A stretch of 64,000 bases of DNA. Origin: Bacteroidales bacterium. GTDB lineage: Bacteria; Bacteroidota; Bacteroidia; Bacteroidales; UBA3663. Position 1 is the stretch's first letter. Each line of letters starts with the position of its first letter. The notes under the pieces were generated by a model that saw nothing but the letters and a program-made list of their open reading frames with translations, was not told the origin of the DNA and did no database searches. The translations under genes were made by a program, and so were the position numbers. This document shows, in pieces, positions 47,777 to 56,456 of this stretch. Where the stretch lies: the NCBI GenBank assembly GCA_045627785.1, contig JAZQOF010000036.1:97630-161629 (forward strand). Reading direction: 5' to 3'.

Positions 47777-50232
47777 TGATACAAAGTATGAAGAAACTGG
47801 TAGCTCTTTCCTTATTGTTGTTTATAAGCAACAATAGGATTAATGCACAGCTTGTCATTAATGAGATTATGCAGTCGAATATAGATTGCATAATGGATGA
47901 CATGAATGAATTCCCAGATTCATGGGTAGAGCTCTACAATGCCGGAAGCGGAACAGTTAATTTGCGGGATTATAGTATTGGTGTCACTAATGAAGGATTA
48001 TTGGCATGGCAGTTGCCCTCTAAGCAATTGGAGCCTGGGGACCATTATGTGGTTTATTGTGACAAGGTTGCGTCAAGAAACCATACAGATTTCCGTCTTG
48101 AATCCGGAAAAGGATGTGAACTCTACTTGTTTGAACATGGTACAATAATCGATAATCTCCCAAGTGGATTGAAGAAGCAACCGGCTCCAAATATTGCCTA
48201 TGGAAGAAAAACTGATGGCTCAAGTGAATGGGGGTATCTCTTGGAACCAACTCCGGCACATTCAAACTGTGGTCAAGCCGTTTCAGAAGATAAAATCCTC
48301 GGAGATCCAGTGTTCAGTATGAAGGGTAGAGTGTATAAGGATTTTAGTTCTTTAACATTGAAATTATCTTTGCCAGAAGGCGCTCCTTCCGGAAGCGTAA
48401 TAAGATATACCACCAATTATACGGAACCGACAGAAGATAGTGAGGCTTATACTGGACCTATTACATTTTCGGGAACTACTATCATAAGAGCAAAGGTGTT
48501 TTGTCCTGGATACTTATCGCCAAGATCAGTAACTCATTCTTATATAAAACATTCAAGAAAGGTTACTTTGCCAGTAGTTTCTATAACTACTCCGAGAAAA
48601 TATTTCTATGATCCATCTGTAGGAATATACAGTGATGAGTATTATTCAGATGGACAGATGAATTATGAGCACAATTGGCGTCGTCCTGCCAATTTCGAGT
48701 ATTTCGAAAATGCAGAATCCAATAGTGAACTCAATCAACTTATCGAACTTCGAGTTTGCGGTGGCGCCAACCGAAATAAGGATTTGAAATCGTTGGCGAT
48801 ATACGCAAATAAACGATTCGGAGAAAAGAAACTAGATTATGAGTTTTTCCCTGATGAACGTCCAGGAATAACAGATTACAAATCTATTATGATGCGAAAT
48901 GCGGGAAATGACTTTAGAGATCTTTATATGCGTGATGCTATCGTGCAGCGATCTGTGTCAAAATACTTAGATGTAGATCATCAAGCTTGGAGTCCAGCTA
49001 TTCTCTATATCGATGGACAGTATAAGGGCATTTTGAATATCCGAGAACGAAGTAATGAAGATAATGTCTATTCTAATTATGATAAACTTGAGGATGTCGA
49101 CGTCATTGAATATAGCAGTAATAAGATAAGGAGCATATACGAGGTTAAACAAGGATCAATGGATAATTGGAACACCTTTAAGACTTTTTATTCAAGCCAA
49201 TCTCTTCATTCTTGGCCAGAATATGAGCAGTATTTAGATATAAAGGAATATATGAAGGTTATGATTGCAAATATTTATTTTTGTAATCAGGACTTTCCAG
49301 GTAATAATGTAATATGGTGGAGGCCTATAGCAAAAGACGGAAAATGGCGTATGATCATGAAGGATGTTGACTATGCTCTTGGCCTTTATGATGTGAAATA
49401 TAATTTCAATTACTTTAAATGGTTGCATGATCCTGACTATGATCAAGTGAATTATTGGGGAAACATCCCAGAAGCAACGCTTCTTTTCCGCCAGTTAGAA
49501 CTTGACTCAACATTTAAGCGAGAATTCATTGACCGTTTTGCTTTGTATATGGGTGATTTCTTGAATTATGAGAGAATTTGGGAAGTTTGGGAACAGATGT
49601 ATGATTTGATAAGCTACGAGTATAAGTATCATAGAGATATGTATGATACAGGTTGGTGGACACCATATTCTACAGATTTGTATAATGCTAAAATTTGGCT
49701 TCAGAAGCGAACAAATGCTGTTTATGATCAATTGAAGTCATATTATGGATTGGGGTATGCTGTTCCATTTTATATTAACAGATCTTTAACCAATAGTGAA
49801 TTGTCTAATATATCTGTGTCAGTAAATGGAATCCGCCTATCTCATAAGATATTAAGTGGAAAGTTCTTTGCAGGAAGAGATGTGTCTTTGACTGGTCAGA
49901 ATGTTAAAGGTTGGGCTATTAATAAAGTTACTAATGACGGTTATTTAGAATCCACCGTAGTTTGGGGAGATTCATATCAGTTTAAGATGCCTGATTGTTA
50001 TTCTCTAAGTATCAGTGCTGTTTTGTCAGAAGACGAAGGCAAGTCAGTTTTGACTAATGACTTGAATTATTCCGGTGTGGAAGAAATGACTGGTATTGAA
50101 GATGTGAATATCAGTGGCACAGCTAAGGTATTTGATATTTATGACATGAGTGGTAAAAAACGAGATAAGTTAGAATCTGGAATCAATATTCTGGTATTTA
50201 AGGATGGAACAAATAAAATTATACAAAAATGA
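47776..50232 (+). CDS. CotH-family kinase with lamin-tail and FN3-like domains and a T9SS-type C-terminal sorting domain
   Basis: Signal peptide, INEIMQSN...DSWVELYN (LTD), IRYT...EPT, MRNAGND, NQDFPGNN, KDVD. C-terminus TGIE...IYDMSGK...GINI...KII. Confidence 0.85.
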   Translation: MIQSMKKLVALSLLLFISNNRINAQLVINEIMQSNIDCIMDDMNEFPDSWVELYNAGSGTVNLRDYSIGVTNEGLLAWQLPSKQLEPGDHYVVYCDKVASRNHTDFRLESGKGCELYLFEHGTIIDNLPSGLKKQPAPNIAYGRKTDGSSEWGYLLEPTPAHSNCGQAVSEDKILGDPVFSMKGRVYKDFSSLTLKLSLPEGAPSGSVIRYTTNYTEPTEDSEAYTGPITFSGTTIIRAKVFCPGYLSPRSVTHSYIKHSRKVTLPVVSITTPRKYFYDPSVGIYSDEYYSDGQMNYEHNWRRPANFEYFENAESNSELNQLIELRVCGGANRNKDLKSLAIYANKRFGEKKLDYEFFPDERPGITDYKSIMMRNAGNDFRDLYMRDAIVQRSVSKYLDVDHQAWSPAILYIDGQYKGILNIRERSNEDNVYSNYDKLEDVDVIEYSSNKIRSIYEVKQGSMDNWNTFKTFYSSQSLHSWPEYEQYLDIKEYMKVMIANIYFCNQDFPGNNVIWWRPIAKDGKWRMIMKDVDYALGLYDVKYNFNYFKWLHDPDYDQVNYWGNIPEATLLFRQLELDSTFKREFIDRFALYMGDFLNYERIWEVWEQMYDLISYEYKYHRDMYDTGWWTPYSTDLYNAKIWLQKRTNAVYDQLKSYYGLGYAVPFYINRSLTNSELSNISVSVNGIRLSHKILSGKFFAGRDVSLTGQNVKGWAINKVTNDGYLESTVVWGDSYQFKMPDCYSLSISAVLSEDEGKSVLTNDLNYSGVEEMTGIEDVNISGTAKVFDIYDMSGKKRDKLESGINILVFKDGTNKIIQK

Positions 50233-51227
50233 ATATACTATTAAAAAAAGTGGGAGTAATCCTGATATTTGGTCTTTTTAGTTTTTGCGCTTGTACAGAC
50301 TTGTCTCCTATTGAGTCTGATATAGAAAGCTTGAACAATAGAGTTACTTCTTTGGAAGGTGCATTGAATCAGCTAAAGAAGGCTTATGCAGAAAATAAGA
50401 TTATCTCTACTGTTACATCAACATCGTCGAATAATGGTTGGGTAATAACTTTCACAGATCAACAGTCGATAACTGTTGTTAATGGAGCAAATGAATCATC
50501 AATTATTAAGTCTATTGTGGAGGATAAAGAACATGGAATTATTACTCTTACAATGCAGGATGGTTCTGTGTTTATTTTTAATCAGTACACAACAATCCCA
50601 ACAAGTGTCTCTTTACTTTCTAGGAAGGTTTATCTGACTAAAAAAGGAACTTGCACTTTCGATTTTGTGGTTAATCCATCAAACGCGGTCGTAAATTCAG
50701 ATGTTAATAGTGATAATTCATCGATAGTCTTAAATATTGTAGGAAAGAGCCGAGGTTCATATATTGAGACTCCAACAAATTTTAAGATAAAATCTATTTC
50801 TGCAGACAGTGAGAAAGACGGACAAAAAGGTTTATACCATGTGGTTTTGGAGGATTTGGGAAATAACAATAACTATGTGGAGAGTATTACTTTGGTTATA
50901 CGTGCAAAGAATGGAAAGGGCGAAGATATTGAGATTTCTTCTGACGTTATAACAGTCGAATGGCGTAATGGGGAGGACTTCTATGACTTTAAGATTGGAG
51001 AATGCGTTGGTATGTTCGACGGCAATAATGTAACAGTTGAATTACCTGTAGGAACTGGCGTTACGGGATTGATTCCGACTTTCAAAACAAATGGCAAGGT
51101 ATATGTCGGTGGAAAATTACAGATTAGTGGCGTTTCTGTACAGAACTTCTCTTCCCCAAAAGAATATTCTGTAACTGCCGCAAACGGATCTTCTACTAAT
51201 TATATAGTTTCAGTTAAGTTTAAGTAA
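50229..51227 (+). CDS. Surface lipoprotein (DUF4988/DUF5018-like stalk), paralogue of the N-half of the next gene
   Basis: Lipobox FCAC, coiled-coil segment after the Cys, LIPTFKTNGKVYV...QISGVS.QNF...Y.V.A.NG Ig-like module. Confidence 0.7.
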   Translation: MNILLKKVGVILIFGLFSFCACTDLSPIESDIESLNNRVTSLEGALNQLKKAYAENKIISTVTSTSSNNGWVITFTDQQSITVVNGANESSIIKSIVEDKEHGIITLTMQDGSVFIFNQYTTIPTSVSLLSRKVYLTKKGTCTFDFVVNPSNAVVNSDVNSDNSSIVLNIVGKSRGSYIETPTNFKIKSISADSEKDGQKGLYHVVLEDLGNNNNYVESITLVIRAKNGKGEDIEISSDVITVEWRNGEDFYDFKIGECVGMFDGNNVTVELPVGTGVTGLIPTFKTNGKVYVGGKLQISGVSVQNFSSPKEYSVTAANGSSTNYIVSVKFK

Positions 51228-51239
51228 TTTCATAAGACT

Positions 51240-53393
51240 ATGAGAAATAGATTTCTTTCTTTCTTTTTTACTCTTCTATTTCTTCCTGTTATTTTTGCTT
51301 GTACTGACCTTTCTGGTATAGAGTCTGATATTGATAAGTTGTCGGTTCGTGTATCAACATTAGATGATGCTATTTCTGCGTTCAAGAAAGCATGTGACGC
51401 GGGTAAATTCGTATCTAATATTCAACAGACTACCAATAAAAAAGGGTGGATTCTTACTTTTGCAGATAATAGTGTAATCACATTGTTGGATGGGTCAAAC
51501 AAAGAGTCTTTAATATCAACCGTTGTTAGAGATGATGAAAAAGGCATGATAATAATTACAATGCAGGATGGTACATCTTTCAGTTTCGATATAGATTTGC
51601 CATATCCCACAGGGGTTGTGACATTGTCCGATACGGTTTTTATTTCTCCTAAAGGAGTTGCTACTTTTTCGATAATTTTGAACCCATCGAATGCATATGT
51701 CAATACAAATTTGTCTGATGCAAAGTGCTCTTTTACTCTTAAATCTGTCGGTAATAGCAAGTCTTCCAAATCAGACAACCTGCAGTTATCAAAGATTGAA
51801 ACTGCAATAGATTCTAAGGGAACGTGCAAGGATGGAATGTATGATATCACAATTACTGATTCTGGTAAAGCAAAAGGATATTCAGAAAATATAGAACTTG
51901 TTGTGAGCTCAAAAAGTAACAACGGAGACTCGTTGATTGTTTCAACTGGAGTAATCACAGTCGTTTCTGTCGATGCTCTTCAAAATTTCTCCATCGGAGG
52001 AATTCTGGTAGATGATATGAATGGTTTGTTTTATGTTCATTTGCCGGAAGATATCGATATCAAAAAACTAAAACCGACATTTGAATCAAATGGAAAGGTA
52101 TATGTTAATGGCATTCAGCAAATAAGTGGAGTTTCAGAACAGGATTTCACATATCCGGTTCAATATACTGCAGTTGGAAACGATGGTACTGAAACAAAAT
52201 TTATTGTTGTTGTAGCTAATGGCAATTCTGCTATTATAAACATTAATTCTCCAACTCCAAGTATTGATGAGTTCAAGGATGGAGCAACAATTAATATCCT
52301 TAATACTTCAAGCGACAAAACCATCAAGAATGTAAAAATAAAAGGCTTTGACAATTTAGCATGGACTCTTCCTAAGAAAAACTATGAGATTCTTTTAGAG
52401 TCTGCTCAAGAGTTTTTGGGATTAGAACAGAATACCTCTTTCGCTTTTTATGCAAATCACTCAGATAAAACTCTATTGCGTAATTATCTTGCTTTTAAGG
52501 CAAACAGAAATATCTTCAAGAATATTAAATGGGCACCATCGTATGTCTATGCTCATGTTATAATGAATGGAGAATATATAGGATTTTATCTTGTAGCAGA
52601 AACTGTAAGGATAGGCAAGAATCGAATTAATATTCTTAATCTAAAAGATTGTAAACTACTTACATCTGCTGCAAATTTTGGATTTTTGTTGGAAGTGAAT
52701 GACAGAAAAGATAAGTCTTTTAATTTTGCTACAAAGAAGGGCGTGAATTTCTCTTTGGTGGATCCAGACGGAACTTCTCTTTCAAAAGAATATAAACAAT
52801 ATGTTGAAGACTGGATACAGAAGTGTGAAAACGCACTTTTCGCCTCAGATTTTAATTCTACATCTTCAAGTAATTATTTGTGGAATTATTTTGATATAAA
52901 TTCATTTGCAGATTGGTTTATTATTAATGAGATCAGCAAGAATTGTAATGCAAAATTCCATTTGGAATGCTACATGTATTTCGATCCGTCAGATAAGAAA
53001 ATGCATATGGGACCAGTAGGAGATTCTTCAATCGCATTTGGCAATGTCAATTTTGTGGAAACAGAACTTTATTATAATTGGTGGCTCAATCAGAACGAGT
53101 GGATTAAGCGAATGTTGTCGGATAAGACATTTATGAAAACTATCCGTACTCGTTGGATTGCAACAAAGTCATCGGTCGATAATTGGGCAAGTACGCAAAT
53201 ACAGACAAAAGCTGATGCTTTGGCTCCTGATGCGAAATTGAATTTTTCTAAGTGGCCTATTTTAGGTAAATATGTTTGGCCTAATGCGAGTGGATTTGAA
53301 AAACGTACCACATACCAATCAGAAGTCGATCATCTTAAGCAATGGATCAATAACAGAATCAGTTGGATGGATTCTGAAATTCATAGCTGGTAA
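51240..53393 (+). CDS. Lipoprotein with C-terminal CotH-like (possibly inactive) kinase domain
   Basis: Lipobox IFAC and the same stalk as the previous gene, then PKKNY, ANHSDKTLLRN, NGEYIGFYLVAE, GFLLE, MGPV, WI..R..WMD. Confidence 0.82.
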   Translation: MRNRFLSFFFTLLFLPVIFACTDLSGIESDIDKLSVRVSTLDDAISAFKKACDAGKFVSNIQQTTNKKGWILTFADNSVITLLDGSNKESLISTVVRDDEKGMIIITMQDGTSFSFDIDLPYPTGVVTLSDTVFISPKGVATFSIILNPSNAYVNTNLSDAKCSFTLKSVGNSKSSKSDNLQLSKIETAIDSKGTCKDGMYDITITDSGKAKGYSENIELVVSSKSNNGDSLIVSTGVITVVSVDALQNFSIGGILVDDMNGLFYVHLPEDIDIKKLKPTFESNGKVYVNGIQQISGVSEQDFTYPVQYTAVGNDGTETKFIVVVANGNSAIININSPTPSIDEFKDGATINILNTSSDKTIKNVKIKGFDNLAWTLPKKNYEILLESAQEFLGLEQNTSFAFYANHSDKTLLRNYLAFKANRNIFKNIKWAPSYVYAHVIMNGEYIGFYLVAETVRIGKNRINILNLKDCKLLTSAANFGFLLEVNDRKDKSFNFATKKGVNFSLVDPDGTSLSKEYKQYVEDWIQKCENALFASDFNSTSSSNYLWNYFDINSFADWFIINEISKNCNAKFHLECYMYFDPSDKKMHMGPVGDSSIAFGNVNFVETELYYNWWLNQNEWIKRMLSDKTFMKTIRTRWIATKSSVDNWASTQIQTKADALAPDAKLNFSKWPILGKYVWPNASGFEKRTTYQSEVDHLKQWINNRISWMDSEIHSW

Positions 53394-53399
53394 GTATTT

Positions 53400-54650
53400 A
53401 TGATAAGACTATTGATATATTTGGCGAACATTATTATTTTATGTTCTACTCCATTTATTACACCTTATCTGATTCCTCATTATTCTCTTGTTGTTGCAAT
53501 ATTACTCATATTGTTGTACGTCGGAGAGAAACGGAAGAATATCTGGTATGGTAAGGATTTATGGACTACGACAATAATTAATTGTATTGTTTGTGTAATA
53601 ATTCATGGTCTTTTAACTTTCTTGTTTTTTATTGATGAGGAAGGTATTATGGGCATAAGAAATGCCTTGGGTATGAGTATGAAGTATGTACTTGTATTAC
53701 TGACCATATCATTGATCAAATGCAATTACAACTTGTTTCATTCTGTTTTCTGGCGTATTCATATTGTAATCATTGTATTGGCAATCCTCCTCTTCGTTTT
53801 ATGCTTTATCGGAATTTATCCACCATACATAGAGTTCGCTCCAGATGGACGAGAACACTATTTCTTCTATATTGGTTCAACGAATCAGATGGTCGAATTC
53901 GGAGAAAAAGTCTTTATTCGAATTGGAGGATTTTGTGATGAACCAGGACGATTGGCCTTAGTCCTCACTTATTTGCTTGTCTTGAATGAGTTCACATATA
54001 AAAAAAATACTATTAGAATTCTGTTGTGTTGTGCAGGATTCTTGACTTTTTCAGCGGCATTTTTTATTACATTAGTTCCATTATGTATTTATTGGAATAT
54101 TCAAAAAATAGTTAATCTTCGTGTAATTTTTAGTAGTTTATTTATCGGAATATTTGCATCAATAATTTTTGTGAAGAGTGTCGATCCGGAAATTCAGGAA
54201 AATATAAACGACGCAGTAGATATATTTATTACCAATCGATTCCAAAAAGGCAGCGATGGAAAGTTTCACGGTGACAATAGATCGGAGGCATTGGATTTGC
54301 AATTTGAAGCATTCGCAAGATCTCCGATTGTCGGTGTATTAGGTAAAGGACCAGCCTATGAGTTGCGACAACATTTAGGAGTTCCGACATTTGTGTCAGG
54401 ATTGGCCCGTTATGGTCTTTTTGACTTATTGTTATATATGCCATTTGTGATATTATATAAAAATTTTAAGAAAACGAAATACAAATGGCTAATGATAGCA
54501 ATAGGAATTAATTTTTTGCAGAGACCAGAATTGGAACATATGTTTTTCCTTGTAAGTCTTTCTCTTGTGTACTATAGGTCACTTTTTGACCAATCGGAAA
54601 AGTTCGCAAAAAAGGATGCTTTAGTAAAGAAAAATGATTATGTTGAGTAA
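53400..54650 (+). CDS. wzy: Wzy-like O-antigen/capsule polymerase
   Basis: About 10 TM helices, R.GGFCDEPG motif, large loop with DNR; lies within a Wzx locus. Confidence 0.65.
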   Translation: MIRLLIYLANIIILCSTPFITPYLIPHYSLVVAILLILLYVGEKRKNIWYGKDLWTTTIINCIVCVIIHGLLTFLFFIDEEGIMGIRNALGMSMKYVLVLLTISLIKCNYNLFHSVFWRIHIVIIVLAILLFVLCFIGIYPPYIEFAPDGREHYFFYIGSTNQMVEFGEKVFIRIGGFCDEPGRLALVLTYLLVLNEFTYKKNTIRILLCCAGFLTFSAAFFITLVPLCIYWNIQKIVNLRVIFSSLFIGIFASIIFVKSVDPEIQENINDAVDIFITNRFQKGSDGKFHGDNRSEALDLQFEAFARSPIVGVLGKGPAYELRQHLGVPTFVSGLARYGLFDLLLYMPFVILYKNFKKTKYKWLMIAIGINFLQRPELEHMFFLVSLSLVYYRSLFDQSEKFAKKDALVKKNDYVE

Positions 54651-55479
54651 TATTAAAGTTTCAATAATCATACCGACATATAAACCTGGAGATTATCTTC
54701 TAGAATGTTTGTCTTCACTTTTTCATCAGACTTTTAGCGATTATGAAATAATCATTGTATTAAATGGACCTCGTAATCCTTATGAGTCGTATGTTCGAAC
54801 GCATATCAATGAATTGGGCTTGTCTTCTAACACTTTCTTATTATATTCTGAAAAAGCAGGTGTTTCTCAAGCCCGAAATTTAGGTATAGATAAATCTCGT
54901 GGCGAGTATATTTGTTTTATCGATGATGACGATGTCGTTTCATCCGATTATTTGGAGTCTCTATTGGCTGTAAGTAATTCTGCTTGTGTCGGTTGCTCTA
55001 ATTCATTTAGTTTTAAGAATTCCATTTCAAATAGACAAGAAAATTTCCTTACAAGGCATTATCGAAACTGTGCTTCGAAGTCTTATTCCCAGTTCACATT
55101 TAGAGGATTCCTTTCGCCGATTTTCGCAAAGATGTTTCATAGGAACATTATAGGAGATACACGGTTTAACACAAGTCTTTCATTGAGTGAGGATTCTCTA
55201 TTCTGTATGGAAGTAGCTCCTCGTATTTTAGATATGAAATTAGCGAAAGAGTCATGCTGTTATTTTTTGTGTAATAGGACGGAATCTGTTACTAGTCGGC
55301 ATATTCATAAACCATTGAAAGATCATATTTCTCAAATGTTATGTATCGAGTTCAATTATCTAAAGACATGGTTAAAACACCCTCTTGATTACAATTTGAT
55401 GTTTGTAGCGACACGTTGTCTCGGATGTTTGAGAAATTTCGTCTTATATATGAGCGGAAAGTCCCCTAATCATTGGTAA
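54634..55479 (+). CDS. Glycosyltransferase family 2
   Basis: VSIIIPTY, GVSQARNLG, FIDDDD, SED. Confidence 0.9.
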   Translation: MIMLSNIKVSIIIPTYKPGDYLLECLSSLFHQTFSDYEIIIVLNGPRNPYESYVRTHINELGLSSNTFLLYSEKAGVSQARNLGIDKSRGEYICFIDDDDVVSSDYLESLLAVSNSACVGCSNSFSFKNSISNRQENFLTRHYRNCASKSYSQFTFRGFLSPIFAKMFHRNIIGDTRFNTSLSLSEDSLFCMEVAPRILDMKLAKESCCYFLCNRTESVTSRHIHKPLKDHISQMLCIEFNYLKTWLKHPLDYNLMFVATRCLGCLRNFVLYMSGKSPNHW

Positions 55480-55481
55480 GA

Positions 55482-56456
55482 ATGTATTTGACTGAATCAC
55501 CACGCCTTAAGTGGGCTGATATAGCCAAGGGAATCGGGATTGTCTTGGTCGTTTGGGGGCATTCATCTTTGCCGTATGATTTTCGTAAATGGATTTATTC
55601 TTTCCATATGCCACTATTCTTTATGTTGAGTGGCTATTTTTATAAATCTAAAAAATATGATTTTTTTGTTTTTTTCTTGCGCAAAATACGAACGTTGATT
55701 GTCCCATATTTCTTTTTCGGTATCTTGACATGGTTTTGTCTTGCTTTAATTAAAAGCCAGGATTTCTCTCCGCATACTTTGACCGGGTTCGTGACCACAG
55801 GCGCAGCCAACGAGCCGATTTGGTTCTTATTTTCTTTGTTTCTTATTGCTATTATTCATTTCTTTCTTGATTGGTTATTATCTTTTATAAAAAATAAGAT
55901 GATAAGAACATCAGCATGGGTATTTGTTTGTGTTTGTTGTCTATTACTGTCTCATGTTTTTATTATTGAAATGAACTACTATGCACCTTATCATTTAAGT
56001 ACGGTTCCGCACTTTCTCTTCTTCTATATTTTAGGATGGCTTAAATCTGTTGAAGATAGAAATTGCAACTGGTGGTTGTTGCTGATGCTATTGATTATTG
56101 ATATTCTTTTGGAACATAATTTGCCTTATGGAATAGGTACAAGTGAAAACCTTTTTTATTGGTTATTATCTTATCTTTTGGCATTTGTCGGCTCCTTTAT
56201 GGTCATTAATGTGTCAAGGAAGTTGGCATGTATTGATTCAAAAATAGTTGATGCGGTTGCTTTTTTTGGAAAAAACTCCATTGTAGTGTTAGGATTGCAT
56301 CATCTTTTAGTCCAAATAATAAAATTAGTTTTTAATCCGTTTGTGTTACCTGATTATCTGAGTTATTCGATCCGCCAATTGATATTATGGACAATTTTGG
56401 CGCTTTTGATACCATTACTTAATAAATATACGCCATTTTTAGTTGGAAGAAAATAA
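55482..56456 (+). CDS. Acyltransferase family 3 (OafA-like)
   Basis: DIAKGIGIVLVVWGH, FHMPLFFMLSG, WFL, G.NS...L.LH; polytopic. Confidence 0.9.
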   Translation: MYLTESPRLKWADIAKGIGIVLVVWGHSSLPYDFRKWIYSFHMPLFFMLSGYFYKSKKYDFFVFFLRKIRTLIVPYFFFGILTWFCLALIKSQDFSPHTLTGFVTTGAANEPIWFLFSLFLIAIIHFFLDWLLSFIKNKMIRTSAWVFVCVCCLLLSHVFIIEMNYYAPYHLSTVPHFLFFYILGWLKSVEDRNCNWWLLLMLLIIDILLEHNLPYGIGTSENLFYWLLSYLLAFVGSFMVINVSRKLACIDSKIVDAVAFFGKNSIVVLGLHHLLVQIIKLVFNPFVLPDYLSYSIRQLILWTILALLIPLLNKYTPFLVGRK

